The notes below the pieces were generated by a model, which saw only the letters and a list, made by a program, of their open reading frames with translations, was not told the origin of the DNA and did not search any database. The position numbers and the translations under genes were made by a program. From NCBI RefSeq assembly GCF_000016745.1, contig NC_009483.1, positions 2,250,001-2,282,000 of the forward strand: 32,000 bases of DNA, read 5' to 3'. This document shows positions 25,081-31,890 of the stretch, one piece after another. This stretch comes from Geotalea uraniireducens Rf4 (lineage in GTDB: Bacteria > Desulfobacterota > Desulfuromonadia > Geobacterales > Geobacteraceae). The number at the start of each line of letters is the position of its first letter. The stretch's first letter is position 1.

Positions 25081-25223
25081 AGCGCTAACTCCTCTGTTGA
25101 AATGCACCCGATATGGGTGGAAAAACCACGAAAAATTCGACAAAATCAGCCTGCTGTGCTATAAGGTGCGCCGGTGCTTAATGAGTATACTATCGGTTCG
25201 TATTCCGGTTTCTTGAGGGTTTT
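25081..25223 (-). promoter_or_regulatory. Precursor promoter/leader module, full-length copy (A3)
   Basis: Aligns with 27021-27160 over about 140 nt, including the distal TATCGG..GTATTCCGGTT.CTTGAGG stretch. Confidence 0.5.
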
Positions 25224-25310
25224 CGAACGTTTTTATCAGTTGCATGCACTATTACTCATAATTAACGACTTTTGTCAAGGTTTGGCGTATACGCCGTCGA
25301 TGAGGAAGCC

Positions 25311-26792
25311 ATGCTGTCCGTGAAAGAATTTGCAGTGTCCGGGGTCAAGTGGACCACAATGTCAACCGTCCTTATGTCGGCAATGGAATTCATCACGTTG
25401 ACTATCCTTGCGCGTCTGCTTACCCCGGTTGATTTCGGCTTGATGGCGATGACGATGGTCGTGCTGGGCTTCGCTGCTGGATACGCGGATATGGGCTTAA
25501 GTGCAGTGATTGTCCAGCGACAGGATGTCAGCCGAAGTCAGCTCTCCAGCCTTTATTGGCTTAATCTCATTGTCGGTACAGTGATCTTTGTGCTTATATG
25601 GGCGGTGTCACCGCTTGCGGTTGCTTTTTTTCACGAGCCGCTTCTTTACTGGTTAATGCCTGTAAGTGCTTTAAGCTTTGTCATTATGTCGATAGGCCAG
25701 CAGTTTTCATATTTGCTGGAGAAGGATCTCCGTTTTGATCTTCTTGCCAAGCAGGAAATTTGTGCATGCTTTTCTGGAAATATTGTGGCCATTGTCTGTG
25801 CTTTTTGCGGCCATGGGGTTTGGTCGCTTGTCTGGGGACATCTGGCCAAAGCGGGGATGATAACAGTTCTTCTTGTGTGGTCTGGCTGGTCTCAATGGGC
25901 ACCGATGTTCCACTTCAAATGGAGAGACTTGAGCGGTTATCTGAGCTTCGGTCTCTATCAAATGGGGGAGCGGAGTATCTTTAATTTCAATTCGCGAATT
26001 GATCAGATTTTGATTGGTAAGCTTCTGGGGGCGCAGGAACTTGGTTATTATAACTTTGCCGTCAACCAGATTTTACTGCCGTTGTACAGGATCAATCCGC
26101 TTCTATCGCGGATCATCTTTCCAGTGTTTGCACGTTTGCAACATGACATTCCAGATCTGCGACAGAGTTATCTCAAGTTGATGAAACTGCTCAGTGCGCT
26201 CAATGCACCGCTTCTGTTTGGTTTGGGGGCGATGGCACCGCTTCTGATACCGCTAACTTTTGGTGTCCAATGGACACCTGCAGTGCTGTTGGTGCAGATA
26301 CTTGTTTTCTCTAGCTTTATCCGCAGCACTGTTGAGCCTATCGGCAGTATTCTTTTGGCGAAGGGCCGGGCCGATATCAGCTTTCGATGGAACCTCGCCC
26401 AAGCTTTCATTACCACGCCGTTGATCTTCATTGGAGCAAAGCTTTATGGTACTTTGGGAGTTGCCGTGGCGCTTGTCCTGCTGACAATAAGTTATGCAAT
26501 GGCAAATTACATCTTCTTAGTAAGACCTTTTATCGGTCCATGTGGAAAGCCTTATGCGTTTTCCATCCTCAAAGTAACAGCTCTGGCGGTTATAATGGCA
26601 AGTATTGTCTTGCTTATGTCTTTGGCTGGCGGTCATTCAGTTATTTGGTTAATTGGGGAAGCATGTGTTGGCATGTTAATTTATCTGCTACTTCTTCGGA
26701 CCGTTGATCAGGCGTTTTTCTTTGAAGTGAAAGAGATGTTGATAGGTGGGGGGGGAATACGTCAAGAATATGGAGTGGATTCTGCCCAATGA
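25311..26792 (+). CDS. MOP-superfamily exporter (Wzx/PST-type polysaccharide-biosynthesis/flippase family)
   Basis: GAGGAAG precedes the ATG at 25311. About 490 aa and very hydrophobic, with at least 12 predicted TM helices. The N-terminal pattern ILARLLTPVDFGLMAM is typical of the family. G+C is visibly lower than in the neighbouring genes. Confidence 0.8.
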   Translation: MLSVKEFAVSGVKWTTMSTVLMSAMEFITLTILARLLTPVDFGLMAMTMVVLGFAAGYADMGLSAVIVQRQDVSRSQLSSLYWLNLIVGTVIFVLIWAVSPLAVAFFHEPLLYWLMPVSALSFVIMSIGQQFSYLLEKDLRFDLLAKQEICACFSGNIVAIVCAFCGHGVWSLVWGHLAKAGMITVLLVWSGWSQWAPMFHFKWRDLSGYLSFGLYQMGERSIFNFNSRIDQILIGKLLGAQELGYYNFAVNQILLPLYRINPLLSRIIFPVFARLQHDIPDLRQSYLKLMKLLSALNAPLLFGLGAMAPLLIPLTFGVQWTPAVLLVQILVFSSFIRSTVEPIGSILLAKGRADISFRWNLAQAFITTPLIFIGAKLYGTLGVAVALVLLTISYAMANYIFLVRPFIGPCGKPYAFSILKVTALAVIMASIVLLMSLAGGHSVIWLIGEACVGMLIYLLLLRTVDQAFFFEVKEMLIGGGGIRQEYGVDSAQ

Positions 26793-26870
26793 GAAACAAA
26801 AAATTCCGGAGATTGGGCTTTAAGCATGTTTTATTACCTTCAACGATGTGCCCTCTGTCAACTTGATGCC

Positions 26871-26894
26871 AAAAAAAGGGGAGCAAAGCTCCCC
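26871..26894 (-). terminator. Rho-independent terminator of precursor A4
   Basis: Minus-strand sense is GGGGAGC-TTT-GCTCCCC followed by TTTTTTT, 28 nt after the A4 stop. Confidence 0.8.
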
Positions 26895-26921
26895 CGGGGT
26901 GATGATGCTGCGGCCTTTAAT

Positions 26922-27020
26922 TCACTGACGTGAAGTACCGCCTGAACAACAAGAATTAAGCTCTTCCATGTCGTCGCGTCCTTCGTCGAGGACTACCAGT
27001 TCCCTATTTTCCGTTTCCAT
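26922..27020 (-). CDS. RiPP precursor peptide A4 (32 aa, stand-alone): METENRELVVLDEGRDDMEELNSCCSGGTSRQ
   Basis: This is the C-terminal 32 codons of the 86-aa ORF-track entry. AAGGAGG lies 8 nt upstream of the ATG at 27020. It has the same LDEGR...EELNSCC architecture as A1-A3. Confidence 0.75.
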   Translation of the reverse strand: METENRELVVLDEGRDDMEELNSCCSGGTSRQ

Positions 27021-27160
27021 TTCTGCTACCTCCTTTGTTGAAATTACCCGGTGTGGGTTGTTAAAAGTATTAAATTCGACAAAATCAGCCTGCTGTGCTA
27101 TAAGACGCCAGTGCTTAATGAGTATATTATCGGCACGTATTCCGGTTACTTGAGGATTTA
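27021..27160 (-). promoter_or_regulatory. Precursor promoter/leader module (A4), shared divergently with the TonB-dependent receptor gene
   Basis: Conserved TATAGCACAGCAGGCTGATTTTGTCGAATTT and TTAAGCAC are present. The + strand end of the module supplies GAGGA just before the receptor TTG start. Confidence 0.5.
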
Positions 27161-29017
27161 TTGTATTTTTTTCGCTTTCCATTACTGATTGTCCTCCTCG
27201 TCTTTTGTATTGTGGGTGTCTCGCCGTTCACTGCCGGTGCGAGCGAAGACGATCAGACCCTCTCCCTCTTCTCTGGAGGGGATCAGCCGCTTGTTTCCTC
27301 TGGCCGCACCCCCCGCCCCACTTCCCGGATTGCCGAAAACGTCACCGTCATCACCGCCGAACAGATCGCGCTTCTAAATGCCCACACCTTGGCCGATGTA
27401 CTGAACACTGTCCCCGGCTTCCAGCTCGAACAGGTCCAGACCCCTGGCAGTTTTACGTTCTTTTCCCTTCAGGGCGCGACTGATGCCCAGGCCCATGTAC
27501 AGGTACTGATCGACGGCGTTCCCCAGAACAACCTGCTGCAAGGTGCGGCTGATGTGGGGCTGATCCCTGTTCAACAGATCGACCGGGTGGAGATCATCAA
27601 GGGTGCAGCCTCGGCCGCCTGGGGGCAGGCTCTCGGTGGAGTGATTAACGTTATCACCAAAGCGCCTGAGAGTGAGAGGGTGATTGGCGGCACGGCCGCT
27701 GCCTCCATGGGTGAACGTCTCACCACCGACATGCGGGGGGAGTTAAGCGGCACCGTCAGGCGCTTCGGATACTACCTTTCCGGCGGTAACCTCCATTCTA
27801 ACGGCCTTCTCCCCGGCAACCGGATAAACAATAGCAATGTTTATGGCAAGTTCACCTACGATCTTCCCAGCAAGGGGAGCCTCATGCTTGGCTTCGATTT
27901 TCGTAAAGCTGACCGGGGGCTCGATGAAACGTTGCTCTATCATGACACAACGGAAGCCCATCGAGCATATACATTCCTGACGTTCACCTATCCTCTAACC
28001 GAGCGACTGACGCTGGAATTGGCAGCCAGAGCTAGTCACCGGAATGACGAGACGCTGTTGGGGCATTTCGATCAGGGATTGGTTGTTCTTGACAATAATT
28101 TTACGGTACGTGAATCAAGACGGGGTGGGAGCGCCAAGCTCGTCTGGGGGGACAGTCTCACCAACCTGGTGGCCGGGGTGGAGTATGAACATGGTGAAAC
28201 AGAGCAATGGGATGCCTTAGTTCCCAATTCCCCTTTCCTGACCGATCGGACCATGGACCGTTGGGCGACATCCGCCAACGGCACCTTCTCTTACGGAGCA
28301 CTGACCATCCTTCCCGGCGTCCGTTTTGACCACACCGGCCTGAGTAGCGATGCCTTGAGCTATACCCTGGGGGCTACCTACCGTCTTACGGAGAAGACCG
28401 TGCTGCGTGGCTATGGTGCCAGGGGGTACAGTCTTCCCAACGCCATATGGAATAACGGACCACAGAAAGTCTGGACTGTGCAGGCCGGGGCTGAAACCGA
28501 GGCGGTTCCTTATCTCTGGCTGAAAGGGACTTTCTTTTACAATGACACATGGAATGTTGAGGTCGGCGATTTCAATCTCAGCTCTCCTGGTGTTACCCTC
28601 AGGGAGCAGATCAAGCAAGGATTCGAGCTTGAGGCACGAACCATTCCCTTGTACGGCTTTTCCCTGGCTGGCGGCTATACCTTTACTGACGCCAGAGACG
28701 GGGAAACGAAGGAACGCCTTAAATCCGTACCTGAACACGGGGCAAAGCTGGCCCTGAATTACGACAACATTAGCCTGGGGCTGCGCGGGGTAATGACCGG
28801 CAATTACGTTCAGTGGAACGCTCCAATCGGCAATAACGCCAAAGATTCGGCAGTCATCTGGGACCTGCACCTGACGAAGATGCTGTTTCCTGCCTGGGAG
28901 TTGTCCCCGGAGTTGTTCTTCTCGGTCCATAACCTTTTTAACGGCTCTCAGTATCAAAGTGATTCGTTCAAGAACGCCCCCCGCTGGCTGGAAGGTGGAG
29001 TGAGGTGGCGATTTTGA
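27161..29017 (+). CDS. TonB-dependent outer-membrane receptor
   Basis: Signal peptide ...PFTAGA/SEDD. Plug motifs ENVTVITAEQI and IDRVEIIKGAASAAWG, a beta-barrel-like repetitive C-terminal part and a terminal aromatic residue (RWRF). The TTG start is uncertain. Confidence 0.85.
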   Translation: MYFFRFPLLIVLLVFCIVGVSPFTAGASEDDQTLSLFSGGDQPLVSSGRTPRPTSRIAENVTVITAEQIALLNAHTLADVLNTVPGFQLEQVQTPGSFTFFSLQGATDAQAHVQVLIDGVPQNNLLQGAADVGLIPVQQIDRVEIIKGAASAAWGQALGGVINVITKAPESERVIGGTAAASMGERLTTDMRGELSGTVRRFGYYLSGGNLHSNGLLPGNRINNSNVYGKFTYDLPSKGSLMLGFDFRKADRGLDETLLYHDTTEAHRAYTFLTFTYPLTERLTLELAARASHRNDETLLGHFDQGLVVLDNNFTVRESRRGGSAKLVWGDSLTNLVAGVEYEHGETEQWDALVPNSPFLTDRTMDRWATSANGTFSYGALTILPGVRFDHTGLSSDALSYTLGATYRLTEKTVLRGYGARGYSLPNAIWNNGPQKVWTVQAGAETEAVPYLWLKGTFFYNDTWNVEVGDFNLSSPGVTLREQIKQGFELEARTIPLYGFSLAGGYTFTDARDGETKERLKSVPEHGAKLALNYDNISLGLRGVMTGNYVQWNAPIGNNAKDSAVIWDLHLTKMLFPAWELSPELFFSVHNLFNGSQYQSDSFKNAPRWLEGGVRWRF

Positions 29018-29901
29018 GAGCGCTACTTTCCTTCATACTTGCCCTATATATCTTCGCTGCTGCACCGGCCCTTGCGACAGACCTGCTCATCGTCCAGAGC
29101 ACGCGGCACTCAAGCTACACCGAGGCTTTGAACGGCTTTAGAAACGCTTGCAACGCCAGGAGCCGGGTGGTGGTCCTGGATGACTACGCCGAGGTCGATG
29201 TGGCCCGCCTCGTCCGGGAGGAGCAACCCGTTGCGATCCTGGCCGTGGGTGATTCCGCTCTGGATGCGGTGAAGAAGATCCGCCGCGTCCCGATCGTCTC
29301 TCTCATGTCTATCAGCCCCTCCACCGGGAAGAGCATGCCGCCCAATGTGACCGGCGTGAGAATGACGATTTCTCCCGAGCGCTACATGACCCTCTTCAAC
29401 GCCCTTCGGTTGGACCGGGTCGGTGTGATTTACAACACCGCCCGCAGCGGCGCATACCTGCGGCGCGCCCGTCAATCAGCCGAACAAGCCGGTGTCGATC
29501 TGGTGTTGCGCGAGGTGGACAATCCCCGTGAAACGTCGCATCAGCTGGCAAGTTTGAAGGGTAAAGTGGACGCCCTTTGGCTCCTTCCCGACTCGACTGC
29601 GGTGACCCGGGAAACGGTGGAAGCCTATTTCTTCTTCTCCATGGAGCAGAGAAAGCCGGTCATTGCCTTCTCTGCGGTCTATCTCTCCCTGGGGGCTGCT
29701 GCCACTCTGGAAATCGACCGCCACGGCATGGGGATGCAGGCGGGTGAAGTCGCCAATCGCCTGCTGAAAGGGGCTTCACCGGCCGAAATACCGTTTAGCG
29801 ACCCCCTCGATATCTTCCTGAAAACCAACCCGAGCGTCATCCGCAAGCTCGAACTCAACCAGCAGGGGCTGAGCAAGCTCACCTTCGAAGGGCGCGATTG
29901 A
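29005..29901 (+). CDS. Periplasmic ABC_sub_bind-type (COG2984-like) binding protein
   Basis: GTG start overlaps the receptor stop by 13 nt. Signal peptide ...AAAPALA/TD. The pattern RVGVIYN...KVDALWLLPDSTAV...KPVIAFS...EVANRLLKGASPAEIPF is typical of this family (from memory). There is no adjacent permease or ATPase. Confidence 0.7.
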   Translation: MAILRALLSFILALYIFAAAPALATDLLIVQSTRHSSYTEALNGFRNACNARSRVVVLDDYAEVDVARLVREEQPVAILAVGDSALDAVKKIRRVPIVSLMSISPSTGKSMPPNVTGVRMTISPERYMTLFNALRLDRVGVIYNTARSGAYLRRARQSAEQAGVDLVLREVDNPRETSHQLASLKGKVDALWLLPDSTAVTRETVEAYFFFSMEQRKPVIAFSAVYLSLGAAATLEIDRHGMGMQAGEVANRLLKGASPAEIPFSDPLDIFLKTNPSVIRKLELNQQGLSKLTFEGRD

Positions 29902-29949
29902 TCTGCCGTTGATCGATTGCGTACCTCCCGCACCCCCCTGATATCCAAC

Positions 29950-30083
29950 TGTAAAAATTTTTTACAAGAATGTAAACGCCCTACTGGCGCGGGTTTACGG
30001 GTAAGTGTAAAATTTTTTTACAAGAATGTAAACGCCCTATTGGTGCGGGTTTACGGGGAAGTGTAAAAAAATTTTACAATAAG
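29950..30083. repeat. 2.4 tandem copies of a 56-bp unit carrying TGT-N11-ACA palindromes
   Basis: Palindromes are TGTAAAAATTTTTTACA (29950-29966), TGTAAAATTTTTTTACA (30006-30022) and TGTAAAAAAATTTTACA (30062-30078), with an exact 56-bp period. Units 1 and 2 also contain GTAAAC-N15-GTTTAC. Confidence 0.85.
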
Positions 30084-30267
30084 TCCCCCCCAGTTTCTCC
30101 CCCCTTCATGCTCCTGCCCCGTGCTGTCGCTGCCGCATCGGATAATAATTAGAACGTGAATATTCAGCATGTTACGGCCGAATACCGGTGTATTGTCCTA
30201 CATTTGAACACTTTTGGCATGTAACGTGATGTTGTATATGAATAAAACATTCAAGGAAGTGTCATAT

Positions 30268-30831
30268 ATGGATCAATTGCTTGTAAAACCGACCATTATT
30301 CATCCCCTCTTTATCGACGGTGTGTTGGCGCCTGAGTCTGGCGGGGTGATCGGCATGACCATATGCCCGGGCAAGAAAGACAACGGCTATTTTTCCGGTT
30401 TCTGGGAACGGAACCTCGACGCTGACCTTCAGGCGATCAAGGACTGGGGCGCTGTGGCGCTAGTGAGCCTGATTGAAGGGTTTGAATTCAGGTTTCTCCA
30501 GGTCCAGGACCTGCCGGAAAAAGCGGGTATCTTCGGCCTGCGCTGGATGCATCTGCCGATCCCGGAAGCGAGCATTCCCGATCAGTCCTTCGAGGAAATA
30601 TGGCAGGAAGCTGGTCCGCAGCTCCGTCAGTGGCTCAAAGAGGGAAAGAAGATCGTCCTTCACTGTAATGAGGGATTCGGCCGAACCGGCATCATTGCCG
30701 CCAGGTTGCTTGTGGAATTAGGCGTAGAGCCGGATGATGCGATACATTCCACCCGGAAGGCCCGCAGCGGCGCTATTGTAAACGTGCTTCAGGAGAAATA
30801 TGTCCGGCAATGCAAATCGTCTGAGGCTTGA
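30268..30831 (+). CDS. Cys-based (CX5R) protein phosphatase, dual-specificity/PTP-like
   Basis: AAGGAAG lies 8 nt upstream of the ATG at 30268. Active-site signature HCNEGFGRTG (HCxxGxxR[ST]). Confidence 0.75.
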   Translation: MDQLLVKPTIIHPLFIDGVLAPESGGVIGMTICPGKKDNGYFSGFWERNLDADLQAIKDWGAVALVSLIEGFEFRFLQVQDLPEKAGIFGLRWMHLPIPEASIPDQSFEEIWQEAGPQLRQWLKEGKKIVLHCNEGFGRTGIIAARLLVELGVEPDDAIHSTRKARSGAIVNVLQEKYVRQCKSSEA

Positions 30832-30871
30832 TTTTTAAACGGGCAGTTCAGTGTTTCTGCGGCCGGAATTG

Positions 30872-31267
30872 ATGGATGAAAAGATCCGGAGGTGTAGGTT
30901 GTCTGCAAAGCGCATAGTGGTAGTAGATGATAGCAGGGTGGTGTTGAGCGTTGTAACGGATATCCTCGAAGCTGCAGGGCATAATGCAGTTGCAACCCAA
31001 TCGGGTATTGAAGCCAATACATATATCTACGGTCAGCATCCACCAGATCTGATATTGCTTGATGTCGAGATGCCCCTGCTCAACGGAGACAAGAAGGCAA
31101 GTATTTACAAGGCGGATTTGCACCTGAAGAAGACGCCGATAATCCTCATGTCCCATAAAACCGATGCTGAAATGGAGGAACTCTGTCAGTCTTCAGGCGC
31201 TGACGGTTACATTCTGAAACCATTTGAGAAAGATGCGCTTTTGGAACTGTTAAGAAAATATTGTTAG
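30872..31267 (+). CDS. Single-domain response regulator (CheY-like receiver)
   Basis: VVVDDS, the phospho-acceptor context LILLDVEMP, and the MS and ILKPF motifs. The start is either GTG 30851 or ATG 30872. Confidence 0.8.
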   Translation: MDEKIRRCRLSAKRIVVVDDSRVVLSVVTDILEAAGHNAVATQSGIEANTYIYGQHPPDLILLDVEMPLLNGDKKASIYKADLHLKKTPIILMSHKTDAEMEELCQSSGADGYILKPFEKDALLELLRKYC

Positions 31268-31342
31268 TTTCCCGCCGGTTTACCGTCCACGCTTTAACCA
31301 ATGATAGGTATTGCCTCCCTCCAGCAAAAAAGGAGTAACACC

Positions 31343-31579
31343 ATGGAATTTTTCACGGTTCCCTGTCCCGGCAGGGGTAAGGTCTCAATCAACGGCAGTT
31401 ATCATGGGGAAAACAAGAACGGCTCCGACCTTCACACCTTCCTCTGTGTCGAGGGGCTTCATGACATTACCCTCGTGTGCATGGATGGAAAGCACTGCCA
31501 GGAGCCGTTGCAGCGGGCTCTGATCTCAGACACCAACCTTATCATGCCGCTGGAAGTGCCGTTCGAATGTGCATATTGA
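31343..31579 (+). CDS. Small Cys-rich hypothetical protein (78 aa)
   Basis: AAAGGAG lies 6 nt upstream of the ATG at 31343. The protein begins MEFFTVPCPGRGKVSINGSYHGENKNG and I recognise no family. Confidence 0.5.
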   Translation: MEFFTVPCPGRGKVSINGSYHGENKNGSDLHTFLCVEGLHDITLVCMDGKHCQEPLQRALISDTNLIMPLEVPFECAY

Positions 31580-31745
31580 GCGCTTCCTCCCCTACACATC
31601 CTATGACATCAATAAGGACAGCAACGCCGCCCGCACCTTTGCTGAGCTGGGTGGGCGTGGTGTACCAGTGGTCAGGATCGGGGCTAATGTTGTTCATGGT
31701 TATAATCCCGAGGCGGTGATGTCGTATCTTAATGGCGGGAAGTAG
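31569..31745 (+). pseudogene. Glutaredoxin-like fragment lacking the CxxC N-terminus
   Basis: The third frame reads (V)HIERFLPYTSYDINKDSNAARTFAELGGRGVPVVRIGANVVHGYNPEAVMSYLNGGK*. This fits the C-terminal two-thirds of a small glutaredoxin (…Y..DI..D…GxxxVP.V.IG…V.G). No CPxC occurs in any upstream frame, and the frame is closed by TGA at 31521-31523. Confidence 0.4.
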
Positions 31746-31860
31746 GGTTGAAGTTCTTGATTGCCACCTTCCAAGGGTAACTCTCTCATATTCTTCTTGT
31801 AAAACCTGCCCCCCCTTCAGATTTTCCGAACTCCATCAGGTTTTAACGAAATTGATTATG

Positions 31861-31890
31861 TTGCAAGATGTGCATACATTCTTGTATACT
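31861..31890 (+). promoter_or_regulatory. Sigma-70-like promoter with an overlapping palindrome
   Basis: TTGCAA (31861-31866), an 18-nt spacer, then TATACT (31885-31890). The spacer carries the near-palindrome CAAGATGT-GCAT-ACATTCTTG. Confidence 0.4.

Noticed and set aside
23160-27160. Sigma-54-like GG...GC elements in the four precursor promoter modules (minus strand: CGGCGCACCTTATAGCA, TGGCGTCTTATAGCA, CGGCACATCTATACA), which would neatly link them to the adjacent NtrC-type activator.
   Set aside because: The gap between GG and GC is 11 nt in A3 and 9 nt in A4 instead of the obligatory 10, and A1 and A2 have no GC at -12 at all. No convincing sigma-70 -35 box sits at proper spacing either. 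The sigma factor is therefore left unassigned.
29950-30083. The tandem repeats as a possible CRISPR array.
   Set aside because: There are only 2.4 directly abutting copies with no unique spacers, and no cas genes are in the window.
30215-30229. TGGCATGTAACGTGA as a sigma-54 promoter for the phosphatase gene downstream of the dyad array.
   Set aside because: The spacing is correct, but the invariant -12 GC is GA. That is too weak to call without data.
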